Below, in pieces: positions 51,743 to 64,000 of a stretch of 64,000 bases of DNA (its first letter is position 1; each line of letters opens with the position of its first letter). Where the stretch lies: positions 40,052,001 to 40,116,000 of the forward strand of contig NC_042997.1 of the NCBI RefSeq assembly GCF_006345805.1, read 5' to 3'. This DNA comes from Octopus sinensis (lineage: Eukaryota). A model generated the notes under the pieces. The model was given only the letters and a program-made list of their open reading frames with translations. It was not told where the DNA came from and did no database searches. The position numbers and the translations under genes were made by a program.

Positions 51743-52067
51743 GTGAGGGCGCGTGGCTTAGTGGTTAGGGCATTCGGCTCATGATCGTAAGGTTGTGAGT
51801 TCGATTCCCGGCGACGCGTTGTGTCCTTGAGCAAGACACTTTATTTCACGTTGCTCCAGTCCACTCAGCTGGCAAAAATGAGTTGTACTTGTATTTCAAA
51901 GGGTCAGCCTTGTCACTCTCTGTGTCACGCTGATTATCCCCGAGAACTACGTTAAGGGTACACGTGTCTGTGGAATGCTCAGCCATTTGCACGTTAATTT
52001 CACGAGCAAGCTGTTCCGTTGATCGGATCAACCGGGACCCTCGTCGTCGTAACCGGCGGAGTCTTTA
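51743..52067 (+). mobile_element. Chimeric SINE: family D-like head/core + family C tail
   Basis: 14-bp TSD AGTAGTCTATTTGA at 51729-51742 and 52068-52081. The 5' part resembles 34251-34395 and the 3' part resembles 18525-18710. Confidence 0.9.
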
Positions 52068-52454
52068 AGTAGTCTATTTGACTGTAATTTGAATGTCTTA
52101 CTAGATTTATAAAACAAATTTGACAGACGAATTTTTGATTAATTTTGATATGAAAGTTGATTTATTTCTCCCCTTACTATTCTATTTTTGCGTCCCAGCT
52201 ACCATGTAAATTAAATGTAAACAAACTTACATCTTTTTTTTTTTGCTGCTTTACTACTATTGACATACCTGCTTATTGGCAATGATTCCATACCTTAGTA
52301 ATATAACAGAAATGTAACCGATTTAAATATTTGTAATTATTTTAATTAAATGTTTCGAAAAATATCACCTGTTTCTAATCTAAAAGAGAAATTATTTTTT
52401 GATTGGTAAAAGAAGACCTGAGTTCAAGTTTCGTTTTATTGTTTTATAATATAT

Positions 52455-52684
52455 ATTTCTTTACTACCCACAAGGGGCTAAACATAGAGAGGACAAACAA
52501 GGACGGACAAAGGGATTAAGTCGATTACATTGACCCCAGTGCGTAACTGGTACTTAATTTATCGACCCCGAAAGGATGAAAGATAAAGTCGACCTCGACG
52601 GAATTTGAACTCAGAACGTAACGGCAGGCGAAATACGGCTACGCATTTCGCCCGCGGTGCTAACGTTTCTGCCAGCTCGCCGTC
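52455..52684 (-). mobile_element. SINE family A, full length
   Basis: TSD TTGTTTTATAATATAT. Confidence 0.92.
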
Positions 52685-53599
52685 TTGTTTTATAATATAT
52701 GCTTCTCATATCTCTCATATGGGGATAAAAAGATTACTAACATATTTAAAATATAGCTCATATAAAGAAAAGTAAAAGTATATTTAACTCATCAAATATA
52801 TTTGTGGGAGGCTTTCTTATATATCGTAAATCATTATGAAATCATAAACTACAGTTTGCCTCATTAGACGGAAGGCTGTTTTATCTACATTTTCTCCAAC
52901 TTCATAGAGTTTGGTCATCTACTTGTCCGGAGACTGGACGTTAGATAATCACTTCAGTTCTTCGTTATCTTGTATCAGTTGTGATATATTTCCATGATAT
53001 TGTCACCATAATTGGTGGGATACTTTAACAAGTGTGCTTCAAATAATATGACTAGCTTTTATGGCAATACACATAAGTTTAGAAGCAATGTTCCCTTTGA
53101 TCTGCAGAAATTTTATTCGATACTAAGCAGTTCAAAGACTCTCGTAACTTTTGATGCTGTTGCTGCTTCAAGAGCATTTTTTGCAATATATTTCGTTATT
53201 TAACCTTAAGTATCTGTTGGAAATTATCTCCCTAAAATATTACCTCATTTCTCAGCAACTACCTAATTTTGTTTGCGGTCATTTCCAGTGATGGTATTAT
53301 TATGAGTTCTTTGGTTTTTTCTGATCAAGTAACAATAAATCTTAAGTAGACAGTTTAAATTGACTTTGTTAAGGGAGCGAAATTGTCAACTGCTTACTCA
53401 ATCTCTCTATCTTTGTATCTCTCTCTTTCTCTCTTTCTTTCTCTCTCTCTCTCTTTCTCTCTCACTCTCTCTCTCTTTCATTCTCTTTGCACACATACGC
53501 ACATAAATATATGTATAACGTTTTTTCCCCCCACTTGTTGAGTCTGAGATAGGGCACGTGTCTATTGCTTTTCCAGACCCTCCAAGACCAGAGAGAGTG

Positions 53600-54060
53600 A
53601 TGCTATTTATTGTTTTTCTTTGAACCTATGTAAGTCAACGCCTGCGGGAATGCTATGAGCACAGAAAGAATTTTAATGATCTAGTTTTCTGGGAAGGAAG
53701 GACTGGATGTAGCGATTCATGCAAGGCTTGGAGTGTTGTATACAACTAAGTTGATAATAGAAGAGGCATATAGAACGAGAATGATTCACTGGAAGTGGTG
53801 TGAGCCCAGCCAGTACCGAATAACAGAGACCATCGTAATAACGATAGAAATGACAGGATAGAGTGGACAGTGCACTCATGGACCAGAGGCTGTGAGTAAC
53901 TTTACCCAATACAGTCGGATGTCACTTTTCTGGATGACTGAATGTGCAACAGCAACAATATCGTCCCGAATATCAGAGTAATACTCCATTGTTGGCCTTA
54001 CCTAAACCTTGTAGAGCATCAATAATCACTGGGGTATAAAATATCCTCTTACTCCACGAT
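53600..54060 (-). pseudogene. Degenerate APE-type LINE (CR1/Jockey group) RT C-terminus
   Basis: PQ*LLMLYKV*VRPTMEYYSDI and FYRYYDGLCYSVLAGLTP. Confidence 0.65.
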
Positions 54061-54066
54061 ACTTTT

Positions 54067-54288
54067 TATTTCTTTACTGCCCACAAGGGGCTACACACAG
54101 AGGGGACAACAAGGACAGACAAACGAATTAAGTCGATTATATCGACCCCAGCGTGTAACTGGTACTTATTTAATCGACCCCGAAATGATGAAAGGCAAAG
54201 TCGACCTCAGCGGAATTTGAACTCAGAACGTAGCGGTAGACGAGATACTGCTAAGCATTTCGCCCGGCGCGCTAACGATTCTGCCAGC
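54067..54288 (-). mobile_element. SINE family A
   Basis: Consensus match. TSD-like CTTTTTATTT. Confidence 0.9.
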
Positions 54289-54522
54289 TTTTATTTACAT
54301 CACGTTTTGATATTCCATCGCTACCAGATGTATTGTTCCACGATGTGCACTTATAGTTCCCGACAGGGCTCTAACTAGGAACCTTTATTTCAAAATGAAA
54401 AGTAATTATGCTCTTCACCAAGCTACAGATGCGCTTACAGTTTTTTTTAAATACATCAATAATGTCAGTTACTGGTACATTAAAAAAAAAACTTACTAAC
54501 TGCATTATCAGCAGGCATTATA

Positions 54523-55399
54523 CGAGGGGTACCCCAAAGGAACCGGAATTTTGCAATATCATTTTATTCACTTAGTCTTACATGTTTACACTTTTAACAC
54601 CTTCAAAGTATTTTCCATTAGAAGCAATGCGTCAGTCCAGGCGTGTTTTCCGCTGTTCGAAGCAGTGGTGGAACTCTTGCGAAGTGATGTCTTTTAATGC
54701 CTCCGTCGTTTTTTTTCTTCATCTCTTCTACATCTGAAAATTCCGTGGTACAAGCTTTCGTCACCTGTGATGACCTTCGAAAGAAGATCCTGATCAATTT
54801 CAAACTGTCCTTTCAGTTAACAACAGGCATTTAGTCGTGACTACTTTTGATCTTCCGTAAGCAAGCGAGGCACATATTTTGCTGCAACTCTTTTCGTTTG
54901 CAATTCCTCGCTCAAAATTTGTAGGTAGGACACAACAGTCATATCAAGTTCGTCAATTGTTCGCTGACGGTCCTCCAAGATCACTTCATGAATTTTTCTG
55001 ATGTTTTTATTCGTTCGAGAGGTGTCGATGATCGTCCTGAACGAGGTTGGTCTTCAAGCAACAAGTGACCATTCCTAAAGCGTGGAAATCACTCATAAAC
55101 TTGTGTTTTGTTCATGCCAGCTTCCTTGTAAGCTGCTTTGGTCGCTACTTTCTTCGGCAGAAAGTAGAATTTCACGGAAGCACGCTGTTCCTTCGTTTCA
55201 GCCATCGCAAAAATCGGCGAACAGGAAAGAAGCAGTGCAAAACAAAGATGCATCACGTGGCAGTACGACTTCAGACGACGACAACAGTCGGCAGACTGAT
55301 GCCTGAGGCTTGCATCAAGTAGCTTCTACCGGTGGAAGCCTGAAATACAATGAGTTTGTCCCACAAGAAACGTTTCCGGTTACTTTTGGGTACCTCTCG
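54523..55399 (-). mobile_element. Internally deleted mariner transposon (877 bp)
   Basis: TIRs CGAGGGGTACCCCAAAGGAACCGGAA and TTCCGGTTACTTTTGGGTACCTCTCG, with TA flanks. Transposase start MAETKEQRASVKF at 55205, EDQPRSGR, and C-terminus CFEQRKTRLD*RIASNGKYFEG. Confidence 0.92.
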
Positions 55400-56164
55400 T
55401 ATGTCCTGATTCTTCGGTATTTCTGGATACTTCACTCCAGAGCAGCATGCATTTTTCTCTAACAACTAATGTTGTCCTTCCTGGCATACATGATTATTTT
55501 ATTAAGAAATTCTTTATTCTGATCTTTATTTGTCTCCCAGCTCCTTGTAAATAAAACCTGAAACTGAAGTTCTTTTTTGTTTCGAGCATTATTACTGCAG
55601 TCGATTGTGGGTTTTATTGGAAGTATTTTGGTTGAATAATGTTTTAAATTTAATATTTAATATTTCTAACGAGCATTTATATTTCTCTCTGGGCCCTATT
55701 TACCTCTTTGTTCGCGAGTTAAATTAGAGTGCTGAGCGTGTATTCGTAATTATATCCTCAAACATCTGCTAAGTTGCTTTGATATCTAAAGAAACGTATG
55801 TTGATCAATAGTCGACAAGAATTAGCCAATGTTTTGTGCAGATTTATATTGACAATTATGTGCATTTCGTTGAATACGTTTGACCTAAAGTTGGAACGCT
55901 AGTAACTAAGGTTACAGTGTACTATATTCTTGTCTGAATGAAGAGTATTTTTTCAATTGAGAAAAGGATGGTACTGGAGTAGTTACCGAACTTTAGGTTC
56001 AAATATTTTTGGGGTGCCTTGTTGCATCAATTACGAATTATGACACGGTAAATCACCTTTGAAACTGAATAGAGTCTCTACTGAGCTTGAAATATGATAA
56101 CATGATTTCAGGGTTTTTGTGAGCCAAAGCATATAAAGAAATTTGGATTCGCCATTCATGTATA

Positions 56165-56530
56165 TTAGTTGGTTAGTTAGTTAGTTAGTTAAATTTTTGG
56201 CTCAAAAAGCAAAAAGCAAGGGCATGTAGGGGGACATGTAGTTATGTACAGGGTGGTGTTCATGTAAAGAGTTCAGGCCACTTGTGGTCAAGGGAGACTT
56301 TGAACCAAGCGGTCGTCGGCATCTTCACCATCTCGTCCGGCAGCTTATTCCACGGATCCGCAACCCGGACGGAGAAAGCCCCTCTCCTTCGATTGAGATG
56401 AAATCGTCGCAGATAGAGCTTTTCGGAGTGACCCCGCAGCCGACGCTCTGGAGCAGGAGTGAAGAACAGCTCTTTCGAGAGGTTACACTTTCCGCTTATG
56501 ATGTTGTGGGCAAGAATGAGATCCCCACGG
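56165..56530 (-). mobile_element. CR1-like LINE, 5'-truncated 3' end with (TAAC)n tail
   Basis: RGDLILAH..RLRGHSEKL..RRGAFSVRVADPWNKLPDEMV..FKVSLD, a typical CR1 C-terminus, followed by a short UTR and tandem tail. Confidence 0.88.
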
Positions 56531-57236
56531 TATATGATTCTTGATGTACATTTTCGAATGAATGATTTGGTTTTGTTAACGCACTTTCTGGAACCGCTAC
56601 AGAAGCATTTAAGATGGCCTGGGGAGTCCAAGCATGTTTGGGTCCTTAATATTATTGTCTACAGATACAGTATAGCAAGAGTCATTAGAAATTGTATCCT
56701 AGTTGAGAAAGTGGCTTCCATTTTTATATATTTCTTTATTATTATATTTTTTTTTATCTTCGTTATCTACACTGACGATAGGGCAGTTTGTAAACTTCAC
56801 CTCAGTATCCGGGTCGGAATTGTTGAAGTGAATCTCAGTTAGGATGACGAAAGTGGTGGGGAGCATTTGTTCAACTGTCTTACTCTCTATGTCTAGGATC
56901 TCTAATTTCGTGCATTGACCGATGGGCTGACGCATTGTGCTTTACTGGGAATGTGGAAATCGAGGTGGTTGCTTATTGTGCTAGTTCAAAGGCTTTCTAT
57001 TTTTCTAGCTATTATTTATAAGCAACATTAAGGTGTTGTTTGAGTGCTGAGATGTGGGATGGTGGTGATAGTGGTGTTGAGTTTTTTTGTGGATTGTAAG
57101 CTTTCTCTGTATGTCTTAGACTATATTTAGCAAGTCTAAAAATATTTTCTCTTCCCACGATGCTTCATCACTGTAATCAGTGCATAGCTGCATTGCCTAA
57201 TAGATATATATATATATATATATCTATATATATATA

Positions 57237-57401
57237 GGCGCAGGATTGGTTGTGTGGTAAGTAGCTTGCTAACCAACCACATGGTTCCGGGTTCAATCCC
57301 ACTGCGTGGCATCTTGGGCAAGTGTCTTCTGCTATAGCCCCGGGCCGACCAATGCCTTGTGAGTGGATTTGGTAGACGGAAACTGAAAGAAGCCTGTCGT
57401 A

Positions 57402-57454
<53 letters not shown>

Positions 57455-57668
57455 GTTTGTGTTTGTGTGTTTGTCCCCCTAGCATTGCTTGACAACCGAT
57501 GCTGGTGTGTTTACGTCCCGTCACTTAGCGGTTCGGCAAAAGAGACCGATAGAATAAGTACCGGGCTTACAAAGAATAAGTCCCGGGGTCGAGTTGCTCG
57601 ACTAAAGGCGGTGCTCCAGCATGGCCGCAATCAAATGACTGAAACAAGTAAAAGATAAAAGATAAAAG

Positions 57669-57669
<1 letters not shown>
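57237..57669 (+). mobile_element. SINE family B, full length
   Basis: Consensus match. Confidence 0.93.
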
Positions 57670-57706
<37 letters not shown>

Positions 57707-58207
57707 AATGTTACCAAAAACCCAATAAAAGGTAATGAAAGCAGTCTTTCTCTCGTGGTGAGAAGTTTTTAATAAATGAAACTAGAACGTTCATGTATAC
57801 ATTCACATGCATACATATGTAGGCATGTATGTATATCTCTAATGTTATAAATTTAAGGGAAAAAACATTACAAAAGAACGTTGATCCATTGTCATTTCTT
57901 TTGTAAAAAGCCAGTGCTTTCATGTTGAAGGCTAGATTGTAGACAATTGTCTCCGCAATCTAAGTTTAGTTTGCGCTCGGATTTAGGTTGAGTACATTCT
58001 ATCGATCTATGTTGGGAATATTTTTGAACATTTAATAACATTTCTTGTTGAAATAGGGATGTAATTTGGTGAAACGAAGGGTTCATATCAAACAGTTGAA
58101 CATGGAAAATACTGTCTTCCAAACTGTCCAGAATTCTAGACTTTATTGAACATTAGCCTTCGTTTTAGCTGTACGAAAGTATCACATTTTAGGCTCATTA
58201 ATGTGTG

Positions 58208-58548
58208 AAGGTGCATGACTCAGTGGTTAGAAGGTCGAGCTTACGATCGTGAGGTTGTGAGCTCGAGTCCCGGACCGGGCTGCGTGTTGTGTTCTTGAGC
58301 AAGACACTTTATTTCACGTTGCTCCAGTTCACTCAGCTGTAGAAATGAGTTGTGACGTCACAGGTGCCAAGCTGTATCGGCCCTTGCCTTTCCCTTGGAT
58401 AACACTGGTGGCGTGGAGAGGGAAGGCCGGTATGCATGGGCGACTGCTGGTCTTCCATAAACAATCTTGCCGGGACTTGTGCCAGGGAGGGTAACTTTCT
58501 AGGTGCAGTCCCATAGTCAGTGTCGTGACCGAGGGGGGGGGGTCTCAG
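58208..58548 (+). mobile_element. SINE family D
   Basis: Homologous to 34251-34591. TSD AATGTGTG. Confidence 0.9.
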
Positions 58549-59101
58549 AATGTGTGGTCTACACTTAGCTAAGATGTAAACGCTAGATGTACATGAATAA
58601 TGTTTTTTGTATATTTATTGTGTCTGAAAGATGTCGTGGATAATTAAAGTCATACAACTTAGATATATTTCCTACCATACTAATGCAGTATTTATGCTCT
58701 ATGGTGGGTTTCGGTTTACCACAGCTAACATCTACTTCATATATTATCATCTCTACATCGCATGTATGGCCGGCTGACCACGCATTAGTATTTTTCACGT
58801 ACATTTAGTCTTTAGTTATAGTTTTCATGTCTGGAGTATGTTGTATTTACTTTCATGCTGGATAATTTATTGTAGCAATTAATGGGAAAATGCTTTTCTG
58901 TTTGAAATTTTCTTGGAATATTAGATGAAACGTTTAAGAGAAAAGAAGCTGTGAATGTAATAATCTTACAAGGGTTGATCGCTATTTTGAAAGGAATGAG
59001 TTAGATGTGTAGTTAATCGTAACTTTGAAGCTGTACGCAGGTAAAGTATTATTGTAATATGGGACCCCCATATCGAAAACAGTTTATATATATATATTAT
59101 A

Positions 59102-59478
59102 GGCGCAGGTGTGCCTGTGTGGTAAGAAGTTTTTGCTTCTCATCCTCATGGTTCTGGGTACAGTCCCACTACGTAGCACCTTGGGCGAGTGTCTTCTACT
59201 ATAGCCGTGGGCCGACCAAGGTTTTATGAGTGGATTTGGGGGACGGAGGCTGAAAGAAGCCCGTCGTATATGTGTGTGCGTATTTGTATTTATTTTTGTC
59301 CCTCACCACCGCTTAACAACCGGCGTTTGTGTGTTTTACGTCCAGGTAACTTAGCGGTTCGGCAAAAGAGACCGATAGAATGAATACCAGACATTAAAAA
59401 AAGAGTATTGGGATCGATTCGCCCCATTAAAATTCTTCAAGGTGGTGCTCCAGCATGGCCACAATCTAATGACTGAAA
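59102..59478 (+). mobile_element. SINE family B, diverged
   Basis: Head and tail recognisable. Confidence 0.85.
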
Positions 59479-59500
59479 TATGTATTATATGTATGTGTGC

Positions 59501-59758
<258 letters not shown>

Positions 59759-60746
59759 CATTGTTTGGTTATACATAAAGTTATAGATAAAAAAAGTTGA
59801 ACATTGAGGTTACAGAGTACGCAATAATTTTCTGTAGAGTACTGTGTTTATTTGTTCATTTATGTATTTATTTATTTTACAAGAACAAGTTGGACCAAAA
59901 TATGTTTTGTAATTGTAAATCTATACACACACACATATATATATATGTATAGATACCTATACATGCACATGAATGTGATGCGCTATTACTTTTTTTTGTG
60001 TTGTTTACATTAGGCAAAAGTTTTTGTAAATATTGTTTATCGTTACACCCAATGCGGTCTATATTTGACCTACATTCCCCGAGATACAGTAATGAGTTTA
60101 ACAATGGATTTTCTTTTCTTAAGTTAAATTATTTATGAGTTGTGCAGTATTTCATTCAGCTTATTGAATAAAAACTTACTAGATCAACTCCAGGTAATTG
60201 TCCCTGCTCTGAAATCACAATCTAAAACCTGAATTTTTAAAATTAAAACTTTTATTTTTAGTACTTAATTGTTTATTGTATTGAGAATCCGCTAAAGATT
60301 ACTTGTCTAACAGGTACCGGATGAGAAATATTTTTTTAATAAATAATGAAAATACTACGATAAAAACATAACTTACAGGATGATCTGTTATATATGAAGC
60401 TAAGAGCTGATAGGCTTATTTGGATTATTATAACAATATACGTCACACAGCAAAAGCATTTGTTTCATTGAAAATCAATAATGGTGAAACTAGTGGGTGT
60501 ATATTGTCAATGACTTCCTGTGAAGAAGTCACTCTGCAACACAACCTACTACAAGTCGTGTCCTATTGCTGTTAGTTGCAGGAATGCTATTTTAAAGAAT
60601 GTAATTCATACTGTAAGTTCAAACAATATTATTTCAGTAGTTTGAGAAAAGAGAGAATCTGGTATGGTATACCGTTTCTACCTATCTTCTTCTTCTTCTT
60701 CTTCTTCTCTTCTTCTTCTTCTTCTTCTTCTTCTCGTCGTCATTAT

Positions 60747-60777
<31 letters not shown>

Positions 60778-62659
60778 AGTATTATTACTATTATGTTTTT
60801 TTTTAATTGCATTTAGTTAGCGGTGTTTACAAAACACCTTATTGCAGTTAATTAGCTGAGTTGAATGCTTATTATGATTTTCTTTAAAATCTTATAATCT
60901 CTCATTGTTTTCGCAATATTTCTTTCTATAGCTTCTCCTTAATATCTCCAAATTCCACATTCTCCCATTTTATATCTTTCTATTTCTCTTCTCATTTTCT
61001 ACCCCGTTTTTCCTCTCCCTTCTGCTTGTCTGTCAGTCTGTCCGTTCGTCTGTCTTCCTCTTTCCCCATTTATTCACTGATAGCCTATCCTTATTTTTCC
61101 TCTTTCATACTTTATATCCTATGCATTTCTTTTCCTTTCTACTTTTCACATATCCTTCATTGTTGCACTCCACCACTCATTTTCCGTCTCTCACACCTTC
61201 TCTCCGTAACAACCTCGTTTTATTCCACTAAACTCGCTTAAGTTGTAAGAACATTTTTTGTTTTTCTCTCGCTATTTTCCTCTCATACACCGTCTTCTTA
61301 TCTCTTTCTTATATTTCTATCACTCTCTTTTCCCAAACTTTCATTTTTATCTATAGATTTTTCTTTCTTGCTGCTTGTCAAAAAGTCAAACATGTTACTA
61401 TTTGTTTATTATTAATCTTTCACCTTATCTGTTGATCTTTCTCACTCACTTTCTCTCTCTTTCTTCTTTTCTCTCTCTTCTATCTCACGCATCTCCCCTC
61501 ACCTTTCGTTCTTTCTTTTCAATGCTTATATTTTCCCCCTATTTATCTTCTCTCTACCTCTACTTTTCTCCACTTTTTATTTTCTTCTCTTTCTCGTTTT
61601 CTCAACTTTGAATTTCTCTCTCTGCAGCTTTGATCGTTTTCTTTTTTGTGTATGTGTGTACATATTTCTTTTTGTTTTATTTCCTGTCACTGTTTTCCTT
61701 ATTATTCTGGTTGTCGGTCTCTCGCTTCCTAGTTTCCTCTTCTTTGTTGATGTTGTCCTGTCCTCTTTGTCTTTACGTGTTTGTTACGTTTTAGTCATAT
61801 ATTTATCTATGCCTTATATGTATAATCCAGTCTGATTTTAGTACCTTCCTGCATATCTAAAGTAGAGTATCTAGTCTCTTTCAATTCTTAACGTTAGTTA
61901 AAATTTTAAACTATATTTTTAGCTACTTCCTATAATTGTTTTTGTTTAGCTTCAGGTCAGCTTTGATTGAGCAGACCTATGGTCAACCGCATTATAAAAT
62001 GACCCTCCATCTTATTAATAATATACCACTTTTCTAGGACTACATTATCAAACGTTTCAGTGGTTTTTGTGACGATAGGGAGTTTTAGCAGCTGGGTGAC
62101 TAATTTTCCTGTTAGTTCTGCTAACTATTACAATTGCTTCATTTACTGTATTCTTATTGACTTAATACGCTTAACAGCATTGCGTTTCTTTTCGAAATGC
62201 TCTTCTGACAACTTTTTGGTGAAGTTTAAGTTGTACAAGTTAAGAATAATTTCTGTTTACTTCTATAAGTATTAGATCTAGAAATCAACTGCATACTTGG
62301 AATGAAGAATCCCAAGATCTTATACAGAAGTGCTGCTACCAAACATAAAACAAACACCATGACAGATTACAAATTACCCTTGTATAAACCTGCCTGTTAA
62401 AGTTATGTGTTCTATTTTTTTAAAACGAGTAAAGAATATTCAAAGAAAGCCATAAAAAAGTAGGCAGAAAACTTTGAAGCAAGGTGACTTATAACAAAGT
62501 TTCTTTCCTCGTGTTTGAGGGCAGAGTTACGTTGGTTCTTAACTACCTCAGTATTTAACACCAGATAATCCTCAACAATGATTATAGTTCTTATTTCTCT
62601 CAGTCGTCTAATCCATCCTTATTTTATCAGTTATCTAAATGATATGATCAGCATGTATG

Positions 62660-62707
<48 letters not shown>

Positions 62708-62806
62708 TTAACAGGCTTCCTGTACATTTATTATCATAGATTTACAAGCTAGTATTATATATATAAGAGAAAATACCTATATGAAAAGCATTTTATGTTA
62801 TGTGGG

Positions 62807-62809
<3 letters not shown>

Positions 62810-62876
<67 letters not shown>
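62810..62876. repeat. (ATT)n microsatellite abutting a splice acceptor
   Basis: Directly visible, followed by CTTTTGCAG. Confidence 0.97.
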
Positions 62877-62877
<1 letters not shown>

Positions 62878-62905
62878 TTTTGCAGATCTTGTGAGGACTT
62901 TAACA

Positions 62906-63122
62906 ATGCAGTTCTTTCCGAAAAGAATCTTCATACAATTTGGGACCATCTTTGCTCTGTTGGTATTTAACAGTCTTACAAAAGTTGATGGACAAACACA
63001 ACAAACAAGCTCACACCATGATTACTGTATCATCGGAGCTGGACCGTCAGGACTTCAAATGGGATATTTCCTAGAAAAATCTGGGAGGGATTACATAATT
63101 TTTGAAAGAACAAATACCTCAG
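62906..63122 (+). CDS. FOXRED2: First coding exon of an FAD-dependent oxidoreductase domain-containing protein 2 (FOXRED2/ERFAD)-like gene; continues beyond the window
   Basis: Acceptor TTTTGCAG| at 62885, ATG at 62906. Signal-peptide-like [29 protein letters not shown], then [30 protein letters not shown] (GxGxxG FAD fold, close to the FOXRED2 N-terminus DYCVLGAGPAGLQMAYFL). Donor CAG|GTTGGT at 63122/63123 (phase 1). Confidence 0.85.
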
Positions 63123-63794
63123 GTTGGTGGAGAAATTCATTAATTACTTCCTTTAATTTCATTACATTTTTATTATCATTTAACTTTTATTGGTGTATGC
63201 GTTATTCAAATTTATATTCAGTCATGAAATAGTTGAATTATTTCAATGAAAATTATAGTTCCCTTATTTAAGTAGTTTATGGAAATCAAGGAATGTAGAT
63301 GCAAGTTATTGCGATTAGGATAAAGAAAATGACAAGAGCGAATGAGATTATTATAATGATAAAATCAAATGAGATGATTATAATGACAAAGTCAATCATC
63401 TAACGAAGCCATTACACTTGGTTCTCTTTTCTAAGCGATTATATTGGGTTATTGCACTCATAACTATTAACAGATGTATCTTTATGGGATTCTTTGATGA
63501 GAGCAATGAAGAATGAATAATGACATAGCTCCAAATCAGTTTTAGTCGATCAAATCTTTGAACAAATGCGTTCTAGGTGTGATCATGCCATCTGATTTAT
63601 CTAGGCATACATTATCACATGTGTCCTTCCATTTTTAAGCTGGTAGGGTGTGATTTTAGAGAGATTTAGCTGTTATTTCTGGTTTACAATCGAGTATGTG
63701 GAGGCTCCCTCGTTGTTTAAATATCAATTGATTATATAGAAATAATGAAACATCAAACTTACTGTTGTGAAAATAATTGCCTCGACTTCAGGAT

Positions 63795-63962
63795 TAAGAT
63801 CAGCAAATTTAAGGGAGGAATGGAGTTAGTTGATACCATCGACCCCTCTGTTTGATATTTATTTTAACGACCCATAGGGTTAAAAGTCAAGGTTGACTGT
63901 GGCGGTACTTGAAGTGAGAACGCACAGAGCGGGAAGAAATACCGCTAAGTATTTTTCCAACA
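63795..63962 (-). mobile_element. SINE family A, old degenerate short-tail copy (intronic)
   Basis: AAGGTTGACTGTGGCGGTACTTGAA...GAAATACCGCTAAG. Confidence 0.65.
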
Positions 63963-64000
63963 CTAAAATTATTCCACGATAAAATTTACTAATAAAACAC

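Noticed and set aside
56699-56935. Possible Penelope GIY-YIG remnant
   Set aside because: No diagnostic motif recoverable by eye. An HMM search would be needed.
57892-58122. Complex 76-codon minus-strand ORF as a possible exon
   Set aside because: No recognisable domain. All three frames hit stops shortly after the best upstream acceptor (TTTCGTACAG, ~58170).
62795-63232. Full 145-aa ORF as the gene model
   Set aside because: The poly-Tyr N-terminus is intronic microsatellite and the C-terminus after 63122 is intron read-through. Only 62906-63122 is coding.

Overview
AT-rich eukaryotic DNA saturated with repeats. It is probably from an octopus (Octopus sp.), judged from tRNA-derived SINE families resembling the OK/OR octopus SINEs and the extreme microsatellite load; this assignment is from recall and was not searched. 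The only host gene I can support is the first coding exon of a FOXRED2/ERFAD-like secreted flavoprotein (62906-63122, +). The rest is a transposon graveyard: four or five SINE families, R4/Dong-type RLE LINE fragments sitting in (TAA)n tracts, Hero-, RTE- and CR1/Jockey-type LINE remnants, a Gypsy LTR element lacking RT, three Tc1/mariner elements and two non-autonomous Helitrons. There are also short Penelope-like termini carrying minimal hammerhead ribozyme motifs. Most ORFs in the supplied track are microsatellite or SINE artefacts. The most notable observations are four hammerhead-like motifs (one with an intact core at 12203-12237), a ~380-bp foldback palindrome, a scrambled 1.3-kb inverted duplication, a Helitron flanked by a TSD-like duplication, a chimeric SINE and a non-coding element inserted in (AAT)n tracts. 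All similarity judgements were made by eye.
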